Below are positions 9,415 to 19,880 of a stretch of 64,000 bases of DNA, piece by piece. Source of the stretch: Patescibacteria group bacterium (lineage in GTDB: Bacteria; Patescibacteriota; Patescibacteriia; UBA10025; JAHIVO01); NCBI GenBank assembly GCA_028718605.1, contig JAQULM010000001.1, positions 519,006-583,005 of the forward strand, in the 5' to 3' direction. The notes under the pieces were generated by a model. The model made no database searches, had not been told where the DNA came from, and saw only the letters and a program-made list of their open reading frames with translations. Positions within the stretch are counted from its first letter, which is position 1. Every line of letters begins with the position of its first letter. The position numbers were made by a program, and so were the translations under genes.

Positions 9415-9771
9415 ATGCTAGCAATCAGACTCTCACGAGTAGGAAAGAAAAAGTACGCGACATTCAAGGTTATCGTTTCTGAAAAGACGAAAGACACGGT
9501 CGGAGACTACCTCGAACTGCTCGGTAACTACAACCCCCATACGAATGAGGCGAGCCTCAAAGCTGACCGCATTCGGTATTGGATTTCAAAAGGCGCACAG
9601 CCGTCGGGGTCAATCCACAACCTGCTGATCCAGCATAAAGTTATTGAGGGTAAAAAAATCAAAGTCGCAAATATCAAGAAAAAGGAACAGGAAGGTGCCG
9701 CAGCAGGTTCAGCAGAGGCACCCGCCAAACCAGCGGCAACAGAAGCCCCGGCAAGCGCAGGAAAAAAATAA
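9415..9771 (+). CDS. rpsP: 30S ribosomal protein S16
   Basis: MLAIRLSRVGKKK...ELLGNYNP...YWISKGAQPS. Confidence 0.96.
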   Translation: MLAIRLSRVGKKKYATFKVIVSEKTKDTVGDYLELLGNYNPHTNEASLKADRIRYWISKGAQPSGSIHNLLIQHKVIEGKKIKVANIKKKEQEGAAAGSAEAPAKPAATEAPASAGKK

Positions 9772-9895
9772 TTGACAGCAGGATTAGCCAATTGGTACGA
9801 TAGAGATACACTATTTCGAACGCCAGTCTGTATCCTAGGTCGACAGCACTGGTTCTTTCAAAAAAGATAACGAGAAGAAAACTGAATACACGACT

Positions 9896-10237
9896 ATGGC
9901 AAAAGAAGAAATGATGGATCAGGAGTTTGTCGAGTATGTGGTACGAGCCCTCGTCGACCGGCCTGAGGACGTCAAGTCCGACCGGACTGTCGATGAAATG
10001 GGCGTGCTCATCACCCTGAAGGTAAACCCCGCAGACCTCGGGCAGGTTATCGGCCGCCAAGGCCAGACCGCCAAGGCCATCCGGACACTCCTCCGGGTCG
10101 TTGGAGCGAAAAACCACGCTCGCGTCAACCTGAAGATCCATGAACCAGACGGTTTCCACAAAGGAAACAGGGGTGGTTCACGGGAAGAACGGCACGAAGA
10201 AGCTGATACGTCAGCTGTCGATGACCTGAAAATATAA
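9896..10237 (+). CDS. khpA: KH-domain RNA-binding protein (KhpA/UPF0109)
   Basis: ALVDRPEDV, DLGQVIGRQGQTAKAIRTLL; directly follows rpsP. Confidence 0.9.
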   Translation: MAKEEMMDQEFVEYVVRALVDRPEDVKSDRTVDEMGVLITLKVNPADLGQVIGRQGQTAKAIRTLLRVVGAKNHARVNLKIHEPDGFHKGNRGGSREERHEEADTSAVDDLKI

Positions 10238-10316
10238 CACAACATCGAAACTATAAGCAAAGATCGTACGGTGTGATATACTAACCGTACGATTTTTGCT
10301 TCAAGCAAACCGTTAT

Positions 10317-10958
10317 ATGCAATATGACATCCTCACAATTTTCCCTAATGCCTTCGTTTCTTACTGCAATGAGAGCATCCTGAAGCGTGCCCAAGACGGA
10401 AAGCATGTTTCGATTCGCATCCATGATATTCGCCGGTTTACGACGGACAAGCATAGAACGGTCGATGACCGCCCGTATGGCGGCGGACCCGGCATGGTAA
10501 TGAAGCCTGAGCCGATCTATCGGTGCCTCAATGCAATCAAGCGAAAAAAGAAATCACGGACGATTCTCTTGAGCGCTCGCGGAAAAACATACACCCAGCG
10601 CATTGCGAAGCGGCTCGCAAAGTATGACCAGCTCCTGTTTATTTGCGGGCACTATGAAGGCGTTGACGAACGCATATCGAAATACGCAGACGAGCAAATC
10701 TCCATCGGCAACTATGTACTGACTGGCGGGGAGCTTCCCGCACTCGTCATCATCGACAGTGTCACCCGATTACTGCCAGGCGTGCTCGGAGATCCCCGAT
10801 CAACGCATGATGAATCTTTTTCGCCCTGCGACACATACCGCGAATATCCCCAGTACACACGGCCTGAAGTGTTCAACGGGATGCGGGTTCCGCGTATTCT
10901 CCTCTCGGGCAACCATTCGAAAATTGCCTCCTGGAAGCGTACGAAATCCCGCACTTGA
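10317..10958 (+). CDS. trmD: tRNA (guanine37-N1)-methyltransferase
   Basis: VDDRPYGGGPGMVM, CGHYEGVDER, SIGNYVLTGGE, EYPQYTRP, LLSGNH. Confidence 0.97.
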   Translation: MQYDILTIFPNAFVSYCNESILKRAQDGKHVSIRIHDIRRFTTDKHRTVDDRPYGGGPGMVMKPEPIYRCLNAIKRKKKSRTILLSARGKTYTQRIAKRLAKYDQLLFICGHYEGVDERISKYADEQISIGNYVLTGGELPALVIIDSVTRLLPGVLGDPRSTHDESFSPCDTYREYPQYTRPEVFNGMRVPRILLSGNHSKIASWKRTKSRT

Positions 10959-10983
10959 CACTCCTTGGGATATGCCCTACAAT
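10955..10983 (+). promoter_or_regulatory. Sigma70-type promoter upstream of the 16S rRNA gene
   Basis: TTGACA-17 bp-TACAAT. Confidence 0.7.
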
Positions 10984-11199
10984 GAATGGGCAATAATACA
11001 TAGTCGAAATCTTTGCTAAGTTAACAGTAAAGACGAAAGGAACGCCTAGCGGTACACACTACTTTGCTTCCACAATCAGCTGAAAATGTAGTTTTGTGTC
11101 CCGTTATAGCATCGGGATTTTTTGTTCCCTCCTTGATCGACTGCGTGAGGAATGAACCTTAACAACCGGAATCGTGATAAGAAGAAACGTCAATTTATT

Positions 11200-12692
<1,493 letters not shown>

Positions 12693-12898
12693 CAAGGAGA
12701 TATGGTCGGCGTAGCCGACCTAGGTCGACTATGGTGCCTTCGGGCACCGTAGCTGTACATTGGAAACGACAATCTCAAATGACGTCTTCTTCTTATCACA
12801 ATCCTGGTTTGTTAAGGATTTGACATGGAGGCAGCCATACATGACGTTGGTTGTTGCTTTTTCGGTACGTTTATACTATTCTTGGTGATGAAGCGTAT

Positions 12899-12975
12899 GG
12901 GCGCGTAGCTCAGTTGGCTAGAGCGCGTCACTGATAATGACGAGGTCCCTGGTTCGATTCCAGGCGCGCCCACCA
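12899..12975 (+). tRNA. tRNA-Ile(GAT)
   Basis: Cloverleaf; anticodon arm CGTCA CTGATAA TGACG; encoded CCA. Confidence 0.97.
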
Positions 12976-13014
12976 AGCAGGTTTTAAAAATTCTGCAAAT
13001 GCCGTAGGCATTTT

Positions 13015-13059
13015 GCCGAGGTAGCTCCCCGTCATTCGACGGGGCAGGCAGTGGTAGAG
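13015..13059 (+). pseudogene. tRNA-Phe 5' fragment interrupted by a 22-bp hairpin
   Basis: GCCGAGGTAGCTC[CCCGTCATTCGACGGGGCAGGC]AGTGGTAGAG. Confidence 0.8.
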
Positions 13060-13086
13060 TCCCGTATTTATGCCGAGGAATAATAT

Positions 13087-13158
13087 GCCGAGGTAGCTCA
13101 GTGGTAGAGCGAAGGACTGAAAATCCTTGCGTCGCCAGTCCGATTCTGGCCCTCGGCA
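13087..13158 (+). tRNA. tRNA-Phe(GAA)
   Basis: Cloverleaf; AAGGA CTGAAAA TCCTT; atypical T-loop TCCGATT; CCA not encoded. Confidence 0.93.
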
Positions 13159-13177
13159 TAAATACGGGATAAACTCC

Positions 13178-13292
13178 GGACTGAAAATGCCGATTTTCTC
13201 TGCGAGCCATGCGAGCAGACAGAAAATCGAGCATCCCGAGTGCAACGAGGGATCTTCTCCTTGCGTCGCCAGTCCGATTCTGGCCCTCGGCA
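13178..13292 (+). pseudogene. tRNA-Phe 3'-half copy with a 70-bp structured insert at the anticodon loop
   Basis: GGACTGAAAA + insert 13188-13257 + exact 35-bp tRNA-Phe 3' end. Confidence 0.85.
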
Positions 13293-13312
13293 TCTGCGGA
13301 GATTTTTTTAAA

Positions 13313-13612
13313 GTCGAGGTAGCGAAGTGGGCCGAGACCACGAGTGAAGCAAACTGCTTCGCTTCACGAGGAGTCGAGGCGGGCGAGACGATGCGGGAAC
13401 CACCGTCGAGCCCCGGAAGAGCGAAGGACTGAAAATGCCGATTTTCTCTGCGAGCCATGCGAGCAGACAGAAAATCGAGCATCCCGAGTGCAACGAGGGA
13501 TCTCGTCGCCAGGGAGCTTGCCCTGAGCGAAGCCGAAGGGATTCTTGAAATCAATAGTTCAACCAAATGGTGAAATCCGCCGCAGCTTCGCGAAGGCGGA
13601 TGGCCCTCGGCA
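13313..13612 (+). pseudogene. tRNA-Phe copy fragmented by three structured inserts
   Basis: Colinear pieces GTCGAGGTAGC / AGAGCGAAGGACTGAAAA / CGTCGCCAG / TGGCCCTCGGCA; 13426-13503 is identical to 13178-13255. Confidence 0.82.
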
Positions 13613-13759
13613 TCTTCGTGGGATAAACTCCGGACTAAAAAAATAACAAGCGTGAAACATTGGTGAATGCGACGCACGCTTGAAAAAACACCCCAAAAAT
13701 GGTACGGTTACCCCTGTACCATCTCCTTTTAAAATTAAATTTGAGCTTAAAAATCTCAA

Positions 13760-13836
13760 CGGGGATTAGCGCAGCTGGCTAGCGCGCGCGCTTTGGGAGC
13801 GCGAGGTCGCCGGTTCGAGTCCGGCATCCCCGACCA
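13760..13836 (+). tRNA. tRNA-Pro(TGG)
   Basis: Cloverleaf; CGCGC TTTGGGA GCGCG; CCA. Confidence 0.96.
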
Positions 13837-13860
13837 AATAGCAACCGATAGCTCCTCTCT

Positions 13861-14811
13861 ATGATATTCGAATTCCTTATTGTCATCATAGGCTTAAGCC
13901 TATTCGAAATTATCAGCAGCGTTGATAACGCAATCGTCAACGCATCCGTGCTGAAAACACTTCCGGAGAAATATCGAAAAATATTCTTGTTTTGGGGTTT
14001 GCTGTTTGCAGTGTTCATCGTACGTGGCATCCTGCCATTCGTCATCGTATGGATCGCAAATCCGCAATTGGGAATTGGTGAAGTTTTTACCGCAGCGTTT
14101 TCCCAGAACGAGCAAATCGGTGACTATCTGGACAAATCAAAACCGCTTCTCCTGCTCGGCGGCGGCGTCTACCTCCTCATGGTAGCCTTGTCCTGGCTTT
14201 TTCTGGAAGAAAAAAAGTACGCATTCCTCGTGGAGCATTTTATCCATCGGCAAGGAGTTTGGTTCTATGCTATCGCATCAATCGTGTTTACCACTATTAT
14301 CTATTTTTCCCTGCGAGAGAGCCCAATACTCGCCCTCTCGGCTTCTATCGGCCTGACAGCATTCTTTATCACGGACGGATTCAAAAAAAATGCCGAGGAA
14401 AAAGAAAAACAGTTATTAACCGGAACCCTCAGCGCATGGAGTAAAATACTGTATCTTGAGGTGCTCGATGCGTCATTCTCAATTGATGGAGTTGTTGGCG
14501 CATTCGCATTCACAATTTCTATTCCATTAATTATTCTCGGGAACGGCCTTGGTGCATTTGTCGTCCGGGAATTTACAATCCGCGGCATCAACTACATCTC
14601 AAAGTTCGCATACTTGAAAAACGGCGCAATGTATTCCATCGGCATGCTCGGTGGCTTGATGATTCTCGAATCATTTGGAAAAGAATACCCATTCTGGCTT
14701 GCGCCCCTCAACACCTCCGCCTTGATCGGGATTTTCTTCTACCTCTCGTACCGAGAACTGCGCGCTGCTAAAAACGCTGTGCCAACTGAGGAAACACCGG
14801 CTGCGAAATAA
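13861..14811 (+). CDS. DUF475 / TerC-related integral membrane protein
   Basis: EIISSVDNAIVNA, YLEVLDASFSIDGVVGAFA, many TM helices. Confidence 0.85.
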   Translation: MIFEFLIVIIGLSLFEIISSVDNAIVNASVLKTLPEKYRKIFLFWGLLFAVFIVRGILPFVIVWIANPQLGIGEVFTAAFSQNEQIGDYLDKSKPLLLLGGGVYLLMVALSWLFLEEKKYAFLVEHFIHRQGVWFYAIASIVFTTIIYFSLRESPILALSASIGLTAFFITDGFKKNAEEKEKQLLTGTLSAWSKILYLEVLDASFSIDGVVGAFAFTISIPLIILGNGLGAFVVREFTIRGINYISKFAYLKNGAMYSIGMLGGLMILESFGKEYPFWLAPLNTSALIGIFFYLSYRELRAAKNAVPTEETPAAK

Positions 14812-14821
14812 TCAATACTGC

Positions 14822-15151
14822 ATGGCATACTCATACTTCCAGCGTGTCTATGGCCTGGTAAAACGCATTCCGCGCGGCAGAGTAGCGACCTACGGACAAA
14901 TCGCGGGCATATTGGGATCTCCGCGGGGAGCACGCATGGTAGGTTGGGCACTGCATGTGCTCCCAAAGAAGGAGTTGCGGACGGTGCCGTGGCATCGCGT
15001 GATCAATCGCGAAGGCAGGATTAGTACAACATGCCTCGAACACACGGCCCGCCAACAAGCGGAGCTGTTGAAAAAGGAACGGGTGGCAGTTACCGCAGTG
15101 CACGGTAGCTACCGCATCGACCTCACAAAATTTCTCTGGAAACCTTTTTAA
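14822..15151 (+). CDS. Alkyltransferase-like (MGMT family, ATL) protein
   Basis: IPRGRVATYGQIA, ARMVGWAL, PWHRV (Trp replaces the catalytic Cys). Confidence 0.9.
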   Translation: MAYSYFQRVYGLVKRIPRGRVATYGQIAGILGSPRGARMVGWALHVLPKKELRTVPWHRVINREGRISTTCLEHTARQQAELLKKERVAVTAVHGSYRIDLTKFLWKPF

Positions 15152-15226
15152 CGAGCATTGCATACCGGCGCGCGGTACGGTACAATAATGGCACCCATAG
15201 AACGTGATGCCCGCTAACTTTCGTCA

Positions 15227-15472
15227 ATGAATACTCCTATGAACCTATTTTCCTCACTCAGCGTATCTGCCATTGTTGGAGTCATAATTGGTTTGAGTTT
15301 TCCGATGACGGCGCATGCTTATATTGATGCTGGCTCCGGAAGTTATATTATTCAAATCATTGTCGCGACATTTCTTGGCGGCCTGTTCGCCATAAAAATA
15401 TTCTGGAAAAAAATTATACTTTTTGCAAAAAATTTGTTTTCGAAGGGTGACAAGCATGACACAACCAAGTAG
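15227..15472 (+). CDS. Small two-TM membrane protein with AYIDAGSGS motif
   Basis: Signal-like helix, AYIDxGSGS, second TM, basic tail; overlaps the next gene. Confidence 0.7.
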   Translation: MNTPMNLFSSLSVSAIVGVIIGLSFPMTAHAYIDAGSGSYIIQIIVATFLGGLFAIKIFWKKIILFAKNLFSKGDKHDTTK

Positions 15473-16847
15473 CACGACCGCCATGCCGGGTTCATTCCGC
15501 GATCCAAGCGGTTTTTTATTTTATCACGGCGACAAGCTCTATCGCCAAATTAACAATACGTACCGCCAGCATTACGATCTTCTTATGAATTCCGGGCTTT
15601 ACAGTGAACTTACCGAGAAGCGCCTTCTGATTCCCCACCATGAGGAACGCCCGGCAACTGCCTCCCGCGCGGCATCTGGTGCGTATAAAGTCATCGCACC
15701 AGAAAAAATTCCTTTCATCTCATATCCGTACGAGTGGTGCTTTAGCCAATTAAAAGACGCCGCGCTTGCAACACTCGAAATCCAAAAACGGGCCCTGGAC
15801 CACGGCATGTCATTAAAAGACAGTAGCGTGTACAATATCCAATTTCAGGGAAATAACCCAGTACTCATCGACACGCTTTCTTTCGAACAATACCGTGAAG
15901 GGCAACCCTGGATCGCGTACCGCCAATTCTGCCAGCATTTCCTCGCGCCGCTCGTTTTAATGAGCTATCGTGATATTCGCCTCAATCAGTTGTTTCGAAT
16001 TTACATTGACGGAATTCCGCTGGATCTGGCGAGTAAACTATTGCCGCCTCGCACGCGTTTAAAATTTTCACTGCTGTCCCATATCCACCTCCACGCAAAA
16101 AGCCAAAAACACTACGAAAACAGCGGAATAAACACGAGCCGTCGTACATTAAGCCGGGTTGCCCTCACCGCGCTCATCGCGAACCTTGAAGCATCAATAC
16201 GGAATCTTCAGTGGAAGCCGGCAGGCACTGAATGGGCGAATTACTACGAAGATACAAACTACACGCGCGAATCATTCGACCACAAAAAGAAAATTGTAGC
16301 CGATTTCATCCGCGCATGCAGCCCAAAAACCGTTTGGGACCTCGGGGCGAATACGGGAGAATTCGCGTTCATCGTGGGTGATAAAGGCATCCCGTGCGTT
16401 GCATTTGATATTGATCCTGCGGCTGTCGAAAAATGCTACCTCGACTGCCGCGCGTCCAATCGAACGAATATTTTACCGCTCATCAATGACCTGACAAATC
16501 CGAGCCCGGCACTCGGATGGGCGAACGAAGAACGGTGCTCACTGCGAGAACGCGGTCCCGTCGATGCTTGCCTGGCGCTTGCATTGGTGCACCATCTCGC
16601 GCTCACGAACAATGTGCCCCTGGACCGCATCGCAAAATTCTTTTCTTCCCTGTGCACCTGGCTGCTCGTCGAATTCGTTCCGAAGAGCGATTCACAGGTA
16701 CGGCGCCTCCTCGCGTCTCGTGAAGATATCTTCGACCACTACACCCAGGATGATTTCGAACGCGACTTCTCCAAACACTTCACGATCGAACGACGCCAAC
16801 CTATTGAGTCGTCTGAACGGATGCTCTATACGATGCGCCGGCAGTAG
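15456..16847 (+). CDS. SAM-dependent methyltransferase (NoeA-like, N-terminal kinase-like region)
   Basis: SFRDPSG, ISYPYEW, LKDSSVYNIQF, WDLGANTG, LALALVHHL. Confidence 0.8.
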   Translation: MTQPSSTTAMPGSFRDPSGFLFYHGDKLYRQINNTYRQHYDLLMNSGLYSELTEKRLLIPHHEERPATASRAASGAYKVIAPEKIPFISYPYEWCFSQLKDAALATLEIQKRALDHGMSLKDSSVYNIQFQGNNPVLIDTLSFEQYREGQPWIAYRQFCQHFLAPLVLMSYRDIRLNQLFRIYIDGIPLDLASKLLPPRTRLKFSLLSHIHLHAKSQKHYENSGINTSRRTLSRVALTALIANLEASIRNLQWKPAGTEWANYYEDTNYTRESFDHKKKIVADFIRACSPKTVWDLGANTGEFAFIVGDKGIPCVAFDIDPAAVEKCYLDCRASNRTNILPLINDLTNPSPALGWANEERCSLRERGPVDACLALALVHHLALTNNVPLDRIAKFFSSLCTWLLVEFVPKSDSQVRRLLASREDIFDHYTQDDFERDFSKHFTIERRQPIESSERMLYTMRRQ

Positions 16848-16859
16848 ATCGCGGGATCA

Positions 16860-18503
16860 ATGTACGGTATACGAGGGAGGATTATGCCGAATTTTCTTGC
16901 CACTATGACCAAACGGCTATCCGCATTATTCAAGACAACGCTGCACCCTTTTTTCCTCGCTGTCTACCCCATACTCGCCCTGTACCAATACAACAGCGAT
17001 GAGATAACATTGGAATCCACGCTCGTGCCGATTCTTGTCTCGTTGGCTGGTGCCACAGTCGCGTTCCTCATCGCATGGGCAGCGATGAGGAACAGCCGGA
17101 AAGCTGCTTTGGTTGTCGCCGTTTCCCAACTCGTCTTCTTCTCCTACGGGCACTTATTTGGAACTTTTGGCAATCATGCGGTCGCCTCGACGCATATTTC
17201 ACTCCATGCCTTCGCAGTGCCTACGATGGTAATCTTTATCGGGGGAGCCGCCGCGCTCATCCGTATCAGCAAGTATACATTTACGAAATTAACATTAATA
17301 CTGAACGCAGTGTCAGGCGCTTTGGTTGTGTCCCTCCTCGCCACGATTATTCTCAATGCTGTATCGGCAACACAAATCGACTACTCCATACGAGATGGTT
17401 TAGGGGCATTGAATCCTACGCAATCAGGTGCGGAAAAACCAGACATTTACTACATCATTCTGGATGGCTACCCGAATTCTGCGGTATTAAAAAAATTCTA
17501 CCGTTTTGACAATTCAGTATTTATCAAAAGCCTCCAGGATCATGGCTTTTACGTAGCAGACTACAGCACGAGCAATTACGCGACTACGTTCCTCTCGCTC
17601 GCATCTTCATTGAACGGAATTTATCTTGACGAAATCGATCCGCCGCTGTCTCCCTCGGAAACGAATCGCGCGATACCGTACAGCTTAACGCACAATAACG
17701 CCGTGGGGCGCTTGCTCCAGGAAAACGGATACTCTTTTATTAACGTCGCTTCGGGCACGGGCCTCCCGACGAACGACTTGAAACTTGCCGATCGGAAAAT
17801 CCGGTGCGGATCAATCGATGAGTTTTCTCTCGTTCTCATTCAGACGACTTTGCTGAATCCATTCGAACGATTACTTGTCAAAAACGACAGGCAGAACCTC
17901 GTCCAGTGTTCTTTCCGAGAAATTAAAAATATCCCTCTTCGTGAAGAACCAACTTTTACACTTGCTCACCTTTTGGTGCCCCACCCGCCATACCTCTTCA
18001 GGGCAGACGGCTCTCCGATTCAAAATCCAGTCATGAAACTAACCGGCGGTGTCTGGGCTGATACGGAATCATTTATCGAACAAATACAGTTTGTAAACGC
18101 CCAGACTGAAGCGCTCATCGATTCCCTCCTCGCGACATCCCCAACCCCACCGATTATCATCATTCAAGCTGACCATAGCACCGTATCGTCATTCGCACAG
18201 CCGTCGAACGGCCGCAACGCCGAAACGGCATATGAATCAAATTGGAATAACCCAACTGATGATATGATCCGCGAACGAATGGGCATCCTGAATGCTTTTT
18301 ATTTACCAAATAAGGAAACCGGCACACTCTATCAAACAATGACACCTGTTAATACGTTCCGCATTGTCATGAATATGTACTTTGGCGCCAAGAATGAAAT
18401 ACTCGAGGATCGGAACTTCTTCTCAAGTTACTCAACACCATACGCATTCAGGGATGTCACAACTATTGTCCAGACGTCGAGCGCTCAGCCCAATAGCCCT
18501 TGA
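16860..18503 (+). CDS. Membrane-anchored sulfatase / LTA-synthase-like transferase (start may be 16884)
   Basis: About 5 N-terminal TMs; PDIYYIILDGY, SNYATT, HLLVPHPPY, IIIQADH. Confidence 0.8.
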   Translation: MYGIRGRIMPNFLATMTKRLSALFKTTLHPFFLAVYPILALYQYNSDEITLESTLVPILVSLAGATVAFLIAWAAMRNSRKAALVVAVSQLVFFSYGHLFGTFGNHAVASTHISLHAFAVPTMVIFIGGAAALIRISKYTFTKLTLILNAVSGALVVSLLATIILNAVSATQIDYSIRDGLGALNPTQSGAEKPDIYYIILDGYPNSAVLKKFYRFDNSVFIKSLQDHGFYVADYSTSNYATTFLSLASSLNGIYLDEIDPPLSPSETNRAIPYSLTHNNAVGRLLQENGYSFINVASGTGLPTNDLKLADRKIRCGSIDEFSLVLIQTTLLNPFERLLVKNDRQNLVQCSFREIKNIPLREEPTFTLAHLLVPHPPYLFRADGSPIQNPVMKLTGGVWADTESFIEQIQFVNAQTEALIDSLLATSPTPPIIIIQADHSTVSSFAQPSNGRNAETAYESNWNNPTDDMIRERMGILNAFYLPNKETGTLYQTMTPVNTFRIVMNMYFGAKNEILEDRNFFSSYSTPYAFRDVTTIVQTSSAQPNSP

Positions 18504-18542
18504 CCATTCTCTCATTTTTTCATACTCTCAATACTACCCCGG

Positions 18543-18613
18543 GCGGGTATCGTATAACGGTATTACCACAGCTTTCCAAGCTGTTGACAGGGGTTCGACT
18601 CCCCTTACCCGCT
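18543..18613 (+). tRNA. tRNA-Gly(TCC)
   Basis: Cloverleaf; ACAGC TTTCCAA GCTGT; T-arm AGGGG TTCGACT CCCCT. Confidence 0.95.
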
Positions 18614-18672
18614 TGTAAGTAACACATTACATCATTTGGCAGACACTCCTGAGTAGGTAAGCCACCGCAACA

Positions 18673-18813
18673 GGAGTCGAACGGTCACGAGCGATACGAG
18701 GCGCAGCCGAAGGGGAGCGACAAACAATGCGACCAGAAGGAGCATTGTTTGGTGACCAGGACAACGAGGACGCCCGAGGGCGGACGAGGCGAAACTCCCC
18801 TTACCCGCTTGTA
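18673..18813 (+). repeat. tRNA-tail element, family A, copy 1 (tRNA-Gly)
   Basis: Starts GGAGTCGAA (reverse complement of T-loop); core ATGCGAC..GGAGCATT..AGGAC; ends with a 20-bp duplicate of 18598-18617. Confidence 0.85.
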
Positions 18814-18858
18814 GACCAGTCGTTGGCAAAATTTCTCAATAATTAAATCAGTACAACA

Positions 18859-18968
18859 GGAGTCGAAGGGCAGCAGAGAGACAAGCGCTCGGCGCGAAGA
18901 CGAACGCCGATGGATGCGACTCAAAGGAGCATTCATCGCTGCCCAGGACGCGACTCCCCTTACCCGCT
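18859..18968 (+). repeat. tRNA-tail element, family A, copy 2 (tRNA-Gly)
   Basis: GGAGTCGAA-GGGCAG...ATGCGAC..GGAGCATT..CTGCCC-AGGAC followed by the 18-bp tRNA-Gly 3' end. Confidence 0.85.
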
Positions 18969-18992
18969 CCGGGCCGATTAACCTTCGATAAA

Positions 18993-19796
18993 ATGGAATA
19001 TATAAAATTTATCACCGGGCTACTGAAACAAGCCTCGGTTATTGCCGTCAAAAACTTCGGGCATGTCACCAGCTCCATCAAACCGACAGATCGCAACCAA
19101 GTGCTGACGGAAATAGATTTGGAAATCGGAAAATTTCTGGTAACCAAAATCCGGCAAGCATACCCCGCCTACAATATAATTGATGAAGAATCCAGCGTGG
19201 TAGACCGGAACTCGGAATATACCTGGGTACTCGACCCGATTGACGGAACCAGCAACTATGCGGCAGGATCGCCTCTGTACGGCATAATGATCGGGTTACT
19301 GAAAAAGGCGATTCCTATCGCTGGCGGAGTTTCCTTGCCGCATTTACAATCCACCTATGCCGCCGAGAAGGGGAAAGGTGCGTTTCGAAATGGCAACACA
19401 ATCCATGTTACGGCCGAATCGAGCCTTTCCAACGTTCTCATGGCATACGGCATTGATCCGCATCCGGACAATCCTTCGTTCACTAAAAAAGAAATGGACA
19501 TTATGCATCAGGTCGTCCTCCGGTCGCGGAATCTGCGTATCAGCAACAGCGTATGTGATGCGATGATGGTTGCTGACGGGACGTATGGCGGCTGGATGTG
19601 CCAATCCAGTAAAATTTGGGACTGTGTCGCCATGCAGGTGATCGTTGAAGAGGCGGGCGGCATTTTTACCGATGTTTCCGGCATGGTAACTGATTATTCA
19701 AACCCGCTCACGCGGACAAGCCAAAATTTCACCCAGTGCGCCGCGGCGCCGGCAATCCACCGGCAGTTATTGGAAATTTGCCACCCAATACCCTAA
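18993..19796 (+). CDS. Inositol monophosphatase family protein
   Basis: IIDEE, WVLDPIDGTSNY, KIWDCVA, VEEAGG. Confidence 0.9.
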   Translation: MEYIKFITGLLKQASVIAVKNFGHVTSSIKPTDRNQVLTEIDLEIGKFLVTKIRQAYPAYNIIDEESSVVDRNSEYTWVLDPIDGTSNYAAGSPLYGIMIGLLKKAIPIAGGVSLPHLQSTYAAEKGKGAFRNGNTIHVTAESSLSNVLMAYGIDPHPDNPSFTKKEMDIMHQVVLRSRNLRISNSVCDAMMVADGTYGGWMCQSSKIWDCVAMQVIVEEAGGIFTDVSGMVTDYSNPLTRTSQNFTQCAAAPAIHRQLLEICHPIP

Positions 19797-19880
19797 GCCG
19801 GCCACTAGCTCCTTTCCATTGAGGGGTATTCTTGTGGTATACTAAAACCGATAAATAATTAACATCGAAAGGGATATCCT

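Noticed and set aside
13188-13257. Group I/II or archaeal-type intron in tRNA-Phe
   Set aside because: The insert is only 70 bp with no catalytic core, the host copy lacks its 5' half, and an uninterrupted tRNA-Phe lies next to it
18598-18968. CRISPR array (three ~20-bp direct repeats)
   Set aside because: The repeats are tRNA 3' ends, the intervening segments are over 130 bp and related to each other, and no cas genes are present
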